Positions 8,829-17,754 of a stretch of 64,000 bases of DNA are shown here, in pieces. The stretch is from assembly GCA_963749075.1 (NCBI GenBank), contig CAVVLJ010000017.1, forward strand, positions 32,001 through 96,000, written 5' to 3'. The notes beneath the pieces are model-generated. The model made no database searches. It was not told where the DNA came from and worked only from the letters and a program-made list of their open reading frames with translations. The DNA is from an uncultured Pseudomonadota bacterium. GTDB taxonomy: Bacteria > Pseudomonadota > Alphaproteobacteria > JACZXZ01. The translations under genes and the position numbers were made by a program. How positions within the stretch are numbered: position 1 is the stretch's first letter; each line of letters begins with the position of its first letter.

Positions 8829-9842
8829 TCAAAACCCCGCGAGCACGACCTTGCCCTTGGCGCGGCCGCTCTCGATGAGCGCGTGGGCCTTCCTCAGGTT
8901 CGCCGCCTCGATCTTCCCCATGCTCTCGCCGAGCGTCGTGCGGATGAGACCGTCGTCGACCAGTCCCGCCACCTCGTTGAGGAGATTGTGCTGGGCGATC
9001 ATGTCCGGTGTGGCGAAGCTCGAGCGCACGAACATCGCCTCCCAGTGGATCGAGGCCGACTTGCGCTTGAAGGGCACCGCGTCGAGCGTCTTGGGATCGT
9101 CGATGAGGCCGAACTTGCCCTGCGGCGCCACGATCTCGGCGATCTCGGGAAGATGCCGCTCCGTCGCGGTGACGCTGAAGACGTGCTCGACCGCGGGGAA
9201 GCCGAGGGCCTTGAGCTGCGGCAGAAGCGGCCGGCCGTGGTCGACGACGTGGTGCGCGCCGAGCTCGAGGCACCAGGCCTCAGTCTCGGGGCGCGAGGCG
9301 GTGGCGATCACCGTGAGCCCGGTCAGGCGGCGGGCGAGCTGGATGGCGATCGAGCCGACGCCGCCGGCGCCGCCGATGATGAGGAGCGCGCCGGCGCCCG
9401 CAGGCTTGCCGATGCGGATGGCGAAGCGGTCGAACAGCATCTCCCAGGCGGTGATCGCGGTGAGCGGCAGCGCCGCGGCTTCGGCGAAGGAGAGCCGCTT
9501 CGGCATGGCGCCGACGATGCGCTCGTCGACGAGGTGGAACTCGGCGTTGGTGCCCTGGCGCAGGATGCTGCCCGCGTACCACACCTTGTCGCCGGGCTTG
9601 AAGAGGCTCGCGTCGGGGCCGGCCGCAGCGACGCTGCCGGCGGCATCATAGCCGAGCACCTTCGCCTTCCCCGCCTCGGGCTCCGCGCGCATGCGCACCT
9701 TGGTGTCGACCGGGTTGACCGAGACCGCCTCGATCTTGACCAGGAGGTCGCGGCCCTTGGGCGCCGGCGTCTCGAGCTCGAGATCGAGGAGCGACTTCGG
9801 CTCGGCGATCGGCAAGGAGCGGTAATAGCCGACGGCTTTCAT
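8829..9842 (-). CDS. Zinc-type alcohol dehydrogenase-like / quinone oxidoreductase (MDR family)
   Basis: MKAVGY, VSVNPVDTKVR, AALPLTAITAWE, GGAGGVGS, GKVVL. Confidence 0.9.
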   Translation of the reverse strand: MKAVGYYRSLPIAEPKSLLDLELETPAPKGRDLLVKIEAVSVNPVDTKVRMRAEPEAGKAKVLGYDAAGSVAAAGPDASLFKPGDKVWYAGSILRQGTNAEFHLVDERIVGAMPKRLSFAEAAALPLTAITAWEMLFDRFAIRIGKPAGAGALLIIGGAGGVGSIAIQLARRLTGLTVIATASRPETEAWCLELGAHHVVDHGRPLLPQLKALGFPAVEHVFSVTATERHLPEIAEIVAPQGKFGLIDDPKTLDAVPFKRKSASIHWEAMFVRSSFATPDMIAQHNLLNEVAGLVDDGLIRTTLGESMGKIEAANLRKAHALIESGRAKGKVVLAGF

Positions 9843-11083
9843 GGCGATGCCTCTCCCTCGAGCCGCGTCACGATGCTGATCTCGGACGTGAGCGTGCGGT
9901 GCACCGGGCATTTGTCGGCGATCTCGAGGAGGCGCTGGCGCTCAGCCGCATCGAGCGTGCCTTCGAGCTCGATTCTGCGCTCGATGCGGTCGATCATGCC
10001 TTCCTTCGTCTCGCACTCGGCACAGTCCTTGGCGTAAATCTTGTCGTGGGCGAGACGCACGATGGTACGCGCGAGCGGCAGCCCCTTGCGCTCGGCATAC
10101 ATGCGAAGCGTCATGGCGGTGCAGGCGCCGAGGGCGGCGAGGAGATAATCGTAAGGGCCGGGGCCGCTGTCGTCGCCGCCGGCTGCCACGGGCTCGTCGG
10201 CGGCGAGCCGGTGGGCGCCTACCCTGATCTCCTCGCTGAAGCGGCCCGCGCGCGTCTCGGCCACCACCACCTCGCCGGCATGCTGCGGCTCGGGTGCGGG
10301 GAGGCCTGACCGGCGGCCGCCGGCCACATAGCGTCCGGCCCAGGCGGCCAGCACCTCGGCCACATATTCGGCGTCCTCGCGCCGGCGCAAGAGATGGTCG
10401 GCGCGGTCGAGGGAGACGAAGCTCTTGGGATGCAGCGCCGCCGCGAAGATGCGTGAGGCGTTCTCGATGCCGACGATCTCGTCGCGCGGCGAATGGAAGA
10501 CGAGGAGCGCCTTCCCGAGGCCGCGGATGGCATCCTCGAGACGATGGCTGGCGATGTCCTCGAGAAACTGGCGCTTGATGCGGAAGGGCCGGCCGCCGAT
10601 CGAGACCTCGGCCTCGCCCGCGGCCTCGATCGCCGCCGCCGCATCGCCGATGAGATGGCGGACGTGGTCCGCCTCGGCGGGTGCCGCGATGGTGGCGACC
10701 GCCGTCGCCTCGGGCACGCGGGATGCTGCGGCGAGCACGGCCGCACCGCCCAGGCTGTGGCCGACGAGGAGCTTGGGTGCGGCATAATGGTCGCGCAGGA
10801 ACTCGGCGGCGGCCACAAGATCGCCGAGGTTCGAGGAGAAGTTGGTGTTGGCGAACTCGCCCTCGCTTGCGCCGAGGCCGGTGAAGTCGAAGCGCAGCAC
10901 CGCGATGCCGCGCTCGGCGAGGCCGCCCGCGATGCGCGCCGCGGCGAAGATGTCCTTCGAGCAGGTGAAGCAATGGGCGAAGAGCGCAAAGGTGCTGGGC
11001 GTGCCCTCCGGCAGCTCGAGGAGGGCGGCCAGGCGCTGGCCGCCGCTGCCCGGGAAATCGACGCGCTCGGAACGCCGTGGCAT
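9839..11083 (-). CDS. Bifunctional alpha/beta hydrolase - OsmC family protein
   Basis: AHCFTCSKD, FDFTGLG, GHSLGG; C-terminal DEP..GG.D.GP.PYD, LGACT, KCPVHRTL. Confidence 0.92.
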   Translation of the reverse strand: MPRRSERVDFPGSGGQRLAALLELPEGTPSTFALFAHCFTCSKDIFAAARIAGGLAERGIAVLRFDFTGLGASEGEFANTNFSSNLGDLVAAAEFLRDHYAAPKLLVGHSLGGAAVLAAASRVPEATAVATIAAPAEADHVRHLIGDAAAAIEAAGEAEVSIGGRPFRIKRQFLEDIASHRLEDAIRGLGKALLVFHSPRDEIVGIENASRIFAAALHPKSFVSLDRADHLLRRREDAEYVAEVLAAWAGRYVAGGRRSGLPAPEPQHAGEVVVAETRAGRFSEEIRVGAHRLAADEPVAAGGDDSGPGPYDYLLAALGACTAMTLRMYAERKGLPLARTIVRLAHDKIYAKDCAECETKEGMIDRIERRIELEGTLDAAERQRLLEIADKCPVHRTLTSEISIVTRLEGEASP

Positions 11084-11214
11084 GGCTCCCTCCCCTTGCC
11101 GTCATTCGCTCGATGCGCGGGATCATAACCGATCGGGAGCAGCGAGAGCAGGCTTTGCTTCGCCTCCCCTGCCGCTATGATGGCGCGCTTTCGCCACGAC
11201 CAGCGAGGAGAGCG

Positions 11215-11817
11215 ATGACCGACGAAGACGTGGAGATCCTCGCGCGCGAGCGGCTCTACCAGGGCTTCTTCCGCCTCGAGCGCGTGCGGCTGCGCCACCG
11301 GCTCCATGCCGGCGGCTGGAGCGGCATCGTCGAGCGCGAGCTCTTCATCCGAGGCCGCGCCGCGGGCGTTCTCCTCTATGACGCACGGCTCGATGCCGTG
11401 GCGCTCATCCGCCAGTTCCGCGTGGGCGCCTTCGCTGCAGGGCGCGGCCCCTGGATCACCGAGATCGTGGCCGGCGTCATCGATGACGGCGAGAGCCCCG
11501 AGGAGACGGTGCGCCGCGAGGCGGTCGAGGAGGCCGGCCTCGCCATCGCCGAGCTCATTCCCATCACGACCTATCTCACCTCGCCCGGCGCCTCCTCGGA
11601 GACGGTCGCCCTCTTCTGCGGCCGCGTCGATGCGGCGGGCGCCGGCGGCATCCACGGCATCCACGACGAGCAGGAGGACATCCGCGTCATCGTCGTCCCT
11701 GCGGCGGAGGCCTTCGCCATGCGCCGCCGCAACGACGAGGTCCAGGATTCGATCACCGTCAACGCGCTCCTCTGGCTCGAGCTCGAGCGCGAGGCACTGC
11801 GCGCGCGCTGGCGCTGA
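11215..11817 (+). CDS. nudF: ADP-ribose pyrophosphatase (Nudix)
   Basis: LYQGFF, RQFRVGA, Nudix box AGVIDDGESPEETVRREAVEEAG, SPG, EQEDIRV. Confidence 0.85.
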   Translation: MTDEDVEILARERLYQGFFRLERVRLRHRLHAGGWSGIVERELFIRGRAAGVLLYDARLDAVALIRQFRVGAFAAGRGPWITEIVAGVIDDGESPEETVRREAVEEAGLAIAELIPITTYLTSPGASSETVALFCGRVDAAGAGGIHGIHDEQEDIRVIVVPAAEAFAMRRRNDEVQDSITVNALLWLELEREALRARWR

Positions 11818-11832
11818 GGCGCTGCCCCGCGC

Positions 11833-12454
11833 TCAGAACACGCCGAGCCAGCTCCCGCCGCCGCCGCTCTCCGAAGGCACGGCCTCGCCGCACCAGCCGA
11901 TCGCCTCCTCGCGGCTGAGCCGTCCGTCGCCCTTGATATTGAGCGAGGCGAAGACCTTCTCCGCATGGCGCATGAAATCCGCCGCGCTCACCCGGAGGCG
12001 GAGGCTGGTATCCGCAGCCATGACCGGATCGGGCACGTCGCGCGTCGTATCGACGGTCCCCTGCCCCTTCGCGCGCGCGCCCGGATGCGTCTCATGGCCG
12101 GCCTCGTCGCGGCCCGCGTCGGACGCGCGGGGCGGCGCCGAGGCGACCGCGTAGGGCTGGCGGTAGCGCAAGAGGACGTTCCGGCGTGATGATGCCATTG
12201 CCGTCGAGGTCCATGGCCTTGAACTGGCGCCGCGCGTTGGCCATGAAAGTGGTGCGGTCGATGAAGCCCTTGTGCGCGGCATCGAGGCGGTCGAACCAGC
12301 CGCCGAGTGCGACCGGACAGCTCGGGAAGCCGAGCGGGCCGCCGGCGAGCGGCTCCCCGTTCGGGCTGAAGACGGCGCGCTGCGGCGGGCGCTCCGAGCG
12401 CGAGTGCGAGCAGGACGCCGCGAGGAGGGGCGCCAGCACGCCTGCCGCGAGCAT
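11833..12454 (-). pseudogene. EF-hand lipoprotein, split by a +1 frameshift near 12180
   Basis: Lipobox LLAASC, FSPNGEPL and DLDGNGIIT in one frame; the continuation LLRYRQPY...NIKGDGRLSREE is in another frame. Confidence 0.65.
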
Positions 12455-12518
12455 GAGCCCGCGCCCAAGCGCAGCCGCGCGCCCGACCGTCAAGAGGCAC
12501 CCTCCCCCACGCCGGCGC

Positions 12519-13463
12519 TTACGTCCCGTGCGTCGGACAGGCGTTGACCTCCACGGTGAGGTGGGCGAGCTCGCTCCATTTGCGGAACACCTTCTTGAAT
12601 TCGGCCGCCGGGCGCGGGTGATCGGTGACGATCGACACGATGGCCGCGACGTGGCCCGGGCCCAGGCGCCAGAGATGGAGGTTGGCCACGCGGTCGTCGC
12701 CCCCGCTCTCGACCGCGCGGCGCATCTCCTCGGCAAGCTCGGGGCTTGCCTGGACGTCGAGCAGCACTTTCGAAGAGTCGCGCATGAGGCCGTAGGACCA
12801 GCGCGCGATGACGATCGAGCCGACGATGCCCGTCAAGGGGTCCATCCACACCCAGCCGAGGGCGCGGCCCGTCACGAGCGCCACGATGGCGAGCACGGAG
12901 GTGAGCCCGTCGGCGAGCACGTGGAGACGGGCCGAGCGGATGTTGTGATCGTGGTGCTGCGCCGCGGCGTGCGCGTGTCCATGCGCGTGCTCGCCGTGGC
13001 CCTCGTCGCGCTCGTGCAGCACATAGGCGCTCACGAGATTGACGCCGAGGCCGACGCAAGCCACGAGGATCGCCTGGTCGAAGGAAATGGCGACGGGCAG
13101 AAAGAGCCGCGTGACCAACTCATAGGCGATGAAGAGGCTGATCACGGCGAGCACCACGGCGCTCGAGAAGCCCGCGAGATCGCCGAACTTGCCGGTGCCG
13201 AAGGAGAAGGCGGGGTCGCTCGCGTGCCGGCGCGCGTAGGCGTAGGCGAGCGCCGCGATGCCGAGGGCGCCCACATGGGTCGACATGTGCCAGCCCTCGG
13301 CGAGAAGGGCCATCGAGCCGAAGAGCGAGCCCGCCGCGAGCTCGACCACCATCATGGCCGCGGTGAGCGCGATCACCACGCGGGCCTTGAGCTCGTTCCT
13401 GCGGTGCGAGCGGCCGAGGAAGTCGTGCTGGTGCTGCCAGCGGCTGAGATCGAGCGTGTGCAT
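12519..13463 (-). CDS. dmeF: CDF-family Co/Ni efflux transporter DmeF
   Basis: MMVVELAAG, SMALLAEGWHMSTH, FSFGTGK, His-rich loop, HVLADGLTS, LHLWRLGPGH, HLTVEVN. Confidence 0.9.
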   Translation of the reverse strand: MHTLDLSRWQHQHDFLGRSHRRNELKARVVIALTAAMMVVELAAGSLFGSMALLAEGWHMSTHVGALGIAALAYAYARRHASDPAFSFGTGKFGDLAGFSSAVVLAVISLFIAYELVTRLFLPVAISFDQAILVACVGLGVNLVSAYVLHERDEGHGEHAHGHAHAAAQHHDHNIRSARLHVLADGLTSVLAIVALVTGRALGWVWMDPLTGIVGSIVIARWSYGLMRDSSKVLLDVQASPELAEEMRRAVESGGDDRVANLHLWRLGPGHVAAIVSIVTDHPRPAAEFKKVFRKWSELAHLTVEVNACPTHGT

Positions 13464-13640
13464 GGCAGGCAACCTCCGTTTATTAGTGCCGTTACTATAG
13501 CGCCTGGGCGAAGGTGGCGGATACCGTGAATGATGCCGCCTGGGCCGGCACCCGGGCTCTCCCTTGATCGGCCGCGGCCCACTGGCTACTGTGCCGGCAA
13601 CGAGGAAGCGCCTCGCGCCAACGACCCCGAAAAGGCTGCC

Positions 13641-14642
13641 ATGGATACGAGAGACGGCTTTGTCGAGACCATCGGCAATACCCCGCTCATCAAGCTTCGC
13701 CGCGCCTCGGAGCTCACCGGCTGCACCATCCTCGGCAAGGCCGAGTTCCTCAACCCCGGCGGCTCGGTCAAGGACCGCGCAGCACTCGCCATCATCAAGG
13801 ACGCCGAAGCGAGGGGCGCCTTGCGCCCGGGCGGCGTCATCGTCGAGGGCACGGCGGGCAATACCGGCATCGGCCTGGCTCTCGTCGGCAACGCGCGCGG
13901 CTACCGCACCGTGATCGTGATGCCCGAGACCCAGAGCCAGGAGAAGCAGGACATGCTGCGGCTCTGCGGCGCCGAGCTGCACCTCGTCCCGGCCGTCCCT
14001 TACAAGAACCCGGACAATTACGTGCACGTCTCCGAGCGCATGGCGGCGGAGCTCGCACGGCGCGAGCCGCAGGGCGCCATCTGGGCCAACCAGTTCGACA
14101 ACCTCGCCAACCGGCGCGGCCATTACGAGACGACGGGACCGGAGATCTGGCGGCAGACCGAGGGCAAAGTCGACGGCTTCATCTGCTCCGCCGGCACGGG
14201 CGGCACGCTCTCGGGCGTCGCCATCTTCCTCAAGGAGCGCCGTGCCACGATCATGACCGGCCTCGCCGACCCGCTCGGGTCGACGATCTACGACTGGTTC
14301 AAGTCCGGCACGATCAAGGTCCAGGGCAGCTCCATCACCGAGGGCATCGGCCAGGGCCGCATCACCAAGAACACCGAGGGTACCCCGATCGATTTCCCCT
14401 GCCAGGTTCCCGACGAGGAGGCGCTGCCGCTCATCTTCGATCTCCTCAAGGACGAGGGCATCTGCGTCGGCGGCTCCTCCGGCATCAACGTGGCGGGCGC
14501 CATCCGCCTCGCCCGCGAGCTCGGGCCGGGCCATACCGTGGCGACGATCCTCGCCGACTACGGCACGCGCTACCAGAGCAAGCTCTTCAATCCCGCGTTC
14601 CTGCGCGGCAAGAACCTGCCGGTGCCGGGCTGGCTCGCCTGA
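13641..14642 (+). CDS. cysK: Cysteine synthase (PLP-dependent)
   Basis: IGNTPLIKL, KAEFLNPGGSVKDR, TAGNTGIG, NQFDN, GTGGT, EGIG. Confidence 0.93.
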   Translation: MDTRDGFVETIGNTPLIKLRRASELTGCTILGKAEFLNPGGSVKDRAALAIIKDAEARGALRPGGVIVEGTAGNTGIGLALVGNARGYRTVIVMPETQSQEKQDMLRLCGAELHLVPAVPYKNPDNYVHVSERMAAELARREPQGAIWANQFDNLANRRGHYETTGPEIWRQTEGKVDGFICSAGTGGTLSGVAIFLKERRATIMTGLADPLGSTIYDWFKSGTIKVQGSSITEGIGQGRITKNTEGTPIDFPCQVPDEEALPLIFDLLKDEGICVGGSSGINVAGAIRLARELGPGHTVATILADYGTRYQSKLFNPAFLRGKNLPVPGWLA

Positions 14643-14695
14643 GGGGCTGACCCGTCAATGAGTGCCCAGTGGTCAATGCGGTATTCGCCACCCGT

Positions 14696-15027
14696 CGTCA
14701 TTCCCGCGAAAGCGGGAATCCACTACAGGTCCGACACGCTGCGGCAAAGATGGACCCCCGCTTTCGCGCTAGTTGATGCACACAATTTCTAAGATCACCG
14801 GCAAATCATGATGTTGCGCGCTGCAAAGGGGCCTCGGACAGGCCGCGGTGCGTCCTTCGAGACGCTCGCTACGCTCGCTCCTCAGGATGAGGAAAAGTCT
14901 TTCTGCCACACACAGATTTGCCTCATCCTGAGGAGCGCCCCGAAGGGGCGCGTCTCGAAGGACCCACGGCGGATCTGCAAGCCCCCTCAAGATGTGTGCA
15001 TCTGCTAGCGCGAAAGCGGGGGTGACG
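14696..15027. repeat. Composite nested palindromic element (REP + CTAG-ended MITE + second REP family)
   Basis: Outer GTCATTCCCGCGAAAGCGGGAATCCA...TGGACCCCCGCTTTCGCG / CGCGAAAGCGGGGGTGAC; middle CTAGTTGATGCACACA...TGTGTGCATCTGCTAG (14769-15008); inner GTCCTTCGAGACGC..CCTCAGGATGAGG / CCTCATCCTGAGG..GCGTCTCGAAGGAC (14852-14963). Confidence 0.85.
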
Positions 15028-15076
15028 AAAGGCCACTGAAAACGAAGAATGTATTTCAATCGGGCGAGGATGCGCC

Positions 15077-15952
15077 ATGGACTACGTGAACAAGGAAGCG
15101 CTCGTCAGCACGGACTGGCTGGCGCGCCACCTCGCGGCACCGGACGTGCGGGTGATCGACGCCTCGTGGTACCTGCCGCAGCTCAAGCGCGACGCCAAGG
15201 CCGACTATGCCGCGCGCCATATTCCGGGTGCCGTCTTCTTCGACATCGACGAGATCGCCGACACCGCGAACCCGCTCCCCCACATGCTGCCGACGCCCGA
15301 GAAGTTCGCGGCGCGGGTGCGCAAGATGGGGCTCGGCGACGGCAACCGGATCGTCGTTTATGACGGCGGCATGATGGCGAGCGCCGCTCGGGTGTGGTGG
15401 ACCTTCCGCACCTTCGGACACTCGGATGCGGCCGTGCTCGACGGCGGCTTCAGGAAGTGGCTCAAGGAGGGGCGCCCGGTCGAGAGCGAGCCGCCCATGC
15501 CGCGCGAGCGGCACTTCACGCCGCGCTTCGACCATGCGCTCGTGCGCGACCTCAAGGAGATGAAGCGCAACGTGGCAAGCGGCCGCGAGCAGGTGCTCGA
15601 CGCGCGCTCGCGCGGCCGCTTCGCCGGCAGCGAGCCCGAGCCGCGCGCGGGCTTGCGCGGCGGCCATATCCCCGGCAGCCTCAACCTGCCCTACGATCTC
15701 CTCATCGACGGGGAGAGCGGCACCATGAAGCCGGCGGCGGAGCTCGAGCGGCTCTTCGCGGAGGCCGGCGTCGACACGGCGCGGCCCGTCGTCACCAGCT
15801 GCGGCTCGGGCGTCACCGCGTCGCTCCTGGCGCTCGGCCTCCACCTCGCCGGGCACAAGGATGTCGCGGTCTATGACGGCTCGTGGAGCGAATGGGGCTC
15901 GCTGAGCGACACGCCGGTCGAGAGCGGCCCGCCGGCGGCTGCCGCCCGCTGA
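15077..15952 (+). CDS. sseA: 3-mercaptopyruvate sulfurtransferase (tandem rhodanese)
   Basis: LVSTDWL, HIPGAVFFDID, LPHMLP, LDGG, DARSRGRF, CGSGVTA active site, YDGSWSEW. Confidence 0.95.
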   Translation: MDYVNKEALVSTDWLARHLAAPDVRVIDASWYLPQLKRDAKADYAARHIPGAVFFDIDEIADTANPLPHMLPTPEKFAARVRKMGLGDGNRIVVYDGGMMASAARVWWTFRTFGHSDAAVLDGGFRKWLKEGRPVESEPPMPRERHFTPRFDHALVRDLKEMKRNVASGREQVLDARSRGRFAGSEPEPRAGLRGGHIPGSLNLPYDLLIDGESGTMKPAAELERLFAEAGVDTARPVVTSCGSGVTASLLALGLHLAGHKDVAVYDGSWSEWGSLSDTPVESGPPAAAAR

Positions 15953-15966
15953 GCCGCGGCTCCGCC

Positions 15967-16536
15967 ATGCCGAACATCCCGCCGCCGCGGCCGGACGGCA
16001 AGCTCGCGGTCACCGTCACCTATCTCGAGATGGAGCGCGCGCCGGCACGCCAGCCGCATCCCGCTCCCAAACGCAAGCTCGCCCTCTTCCGCGCCGAGGC
16101 CATGCCGGTGCACTTCTACCGCTACCTCTACAACACGGTCGGCGAGCCCTGGCTGTGGTACGAGCGGCGCCTGCTCGACGACGCGATGCTTGCCTCGGCG
16201 ATCCAGCATCCGCTCGTCGAGATCTACGTGCTCTACGCGGGGGGCGTGCCCGCCGGCTACGCCGAGCTCGACCGCCGCGTGCCGGGCGAGAGCGAGCTCG
16301 CCTATTTCGGCCTGGTGCCCGATTTCATCGGCCAGGGCCTCGGCAGCTATCTCCTCGACTGGACCATCGACACCGCCTGGCGCGCGGCGCAGCACCGGCT
16401 CTGGGTCCATACCTGCAGCCTCGATCACCCGCGCGCGCTGCAGACCTACCAGAAGGCCGGCTTCGTGCCCTACCGCCAGGTCGCAACGAGCATCGACGAT
16501 CCCCGGGTGAGCGGAGTCATCCCCTTCAAGGGGTGA
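15967..16536 (+). CDS. GNAT-family acetyltransferase
   Basis: TVTYLEM, YFGLVPDFIGQGLG, WVHTCSLDHPRAL..YQKAGF. Confidence 0.85.
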   Translation: MPNIPPPRPDGKLAVTVTYLEMERAPARQPHPAPKRKLALFRAEAMPVHFYRYLYNTVGEPWLWYERRLLDDAMLASAIQHPLVEIYVLYAGGVPAGYAELDRRVPGESELAYFGLVPDFIGQGLGSYLLDWTIDTAWRAAQHRLWVHTCSLDHPRALQTYQKAGFVPYRQVATSIDDPRVSGVIPFKG

Positions 16537-16620
16537 GCGACCGGCGACGGCCGCCCCTGGCGCGCGGCCCGGTGCGGTGCCAGAATGTTTTCGTTGGGCA
16601 GACCACGCAGGCGGGCAGCC

Positions 16621-17058
16621 ATGGACAGCGGCGCGAGCGGACCGGGCGAGATCGCGGTCGAGGAGGTGCTGGCCGCACTGGCCTTCGACCGCGACGGGCT
16701 GATCGGCGCCATCGCCCAGCAGTTCGACACCGGCGAGGTGCTCATGTTCGCCTGGATGAACCGCGACGCCGTGGCCGCGACGCTGCGAAGCGGCCGGGTG
16801 CATTACTGGTCGCGCAAGCGGAATGTGCTGTGGCGCAAGGGCGAGACCTCGGGCCAGGAGCAGCGCCTCGTCGAGCTGCGCTTCGATTGCGACCAGGACG
16901 CCATCCTCCTCCAGGTCGACCAGCGCGGCGTCGCCTGCCACACCGGGCGCAGGAGCTGCTTCTTTACGGCCTTGCGCGGCGGCCGCATCGAGACCATCGC
17001 CGAGGTCAAGGTCGACCCCAAGGCGCTCTACGGCGCCAAGGCACTCCGAGGCGAATGA
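16621..17058 (+). CDS. hisI: Phosphoribosyl-AMP cyclohydrolase
   Basis: VLMFAWMN, YWSRKR..LWRKGETSG, DCDQD, ACHTGRRSCFF. Confidence 0.95.
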   Translation: MDSGASGPGEIAVEEVLAALAFDRDGLIGAIAQQFDTGEVLMFAWMNRDAVAATLRSGRVHYWSRKRNVLWRKGETSGQEQRLVELRFDCDQDAILLQVDQRGVACHTGRRSCFFTALRGGRIETIAEVKVDPKALYGAKALRGE

Positions 17059-17753
17059 GCGCGCTCGCGCTGACGCCGCTCGAGAGCGAGGCGCTGCTGC
17101 TCAGCCTGCGCGTGGCCTTCTGGAGCGTGCTCTCGAGCCTGCCGTTCGGCCTCGCCTTCGCCTACCTCCTCGCGCGCCGCGACTTCCTCGGCAAGCATCT
17201 CCTGAACGGCGTCATCCATCTGCCGCTCGTGCTGCCGCCGGTCGCCGTCGGCTATGTCCTCCTCCTCCTCCTCGGGCGGCACGGTCCGCTCGGCGCCTTC
17301 CTCGCGAACGTCTTCGGCATCACCATAGCCTTCACCTGGAAGGGGGCGGCGGTTGCCTCGGCGGTGATGGCCTTTCCCCTCATGGTGCGCGCCATCCGCC
17401 TCTCCCTCGAGGCGGTCGACCGCAAGCTCGAGGCGGCGGCGCGCACGCTCGGCGCCGGTCGCTTGCGCGTCTTCCTCACGGTGACGCTGCCGCTCACCGC
17501 ACCGGGCCTCTTGACCGGCGCCGTCCTCGCCTTTGCCCGCAGCCTCGGCGAGTTCGGCGCCACCATCACCTTCGTCTCCAACATTCCCGGCGAGACCCGC
17601 ACGCTGCCGCTTGCGCTCTACACCCTGAGCCAGACCCCCGAGGGCGACGCGGGGGCGCTGCGCCTCGTGGTGATCGCCTTCCTCCTCGCCATGGCGGCGC
17701 TCATCGTCTCGGAGCTCCTCGCCCGCCGTGTGGCCGCCCGGCTCGGCATGTGA
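17055..17753 (+). CDS. modB: Molybdate ABC transporter permease
   Basis: LSLRVA, HLPLVLPPVAVGY, AVMAFPLMVR, LEAAARTLGA, FARSLGEFGATI, NIPGETRTLPL. Confidence 0.93.
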   Translation: MSALALTPLESEALLLSLRVAFWSVLSSLPFGLAFAYLLARRDFLGKHLLNGVIHLPLVLPPVAVGYVLLLLLGRHGPLGAFLANVFGITIAFTWKGAAVASAVMAFPLMVRAIRLSLEAVDRKLEAAARTLGAGRLRVFLTVTLPLTAPGLLTGAVLAFARSLGEFGATITFVSNIPGETRTLPLALYTLSQTPEGDAGALRLVVIAFLLAMAALIVSELLARRVAARLGM

Positions 17754-17754
17754 C

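Noticed and set aside
14769-15059. Small ORFs 14769-15059 (-) and 14808-15008 (+)
   Set aside because: Translations of palindromic repeats (LILRS motif on both strands).
13641-16536. cysK-sseA-GNAT as a novel sulfur system
   Set aside because: Ordinary housekeeping genes with a commonly seen adjacency.
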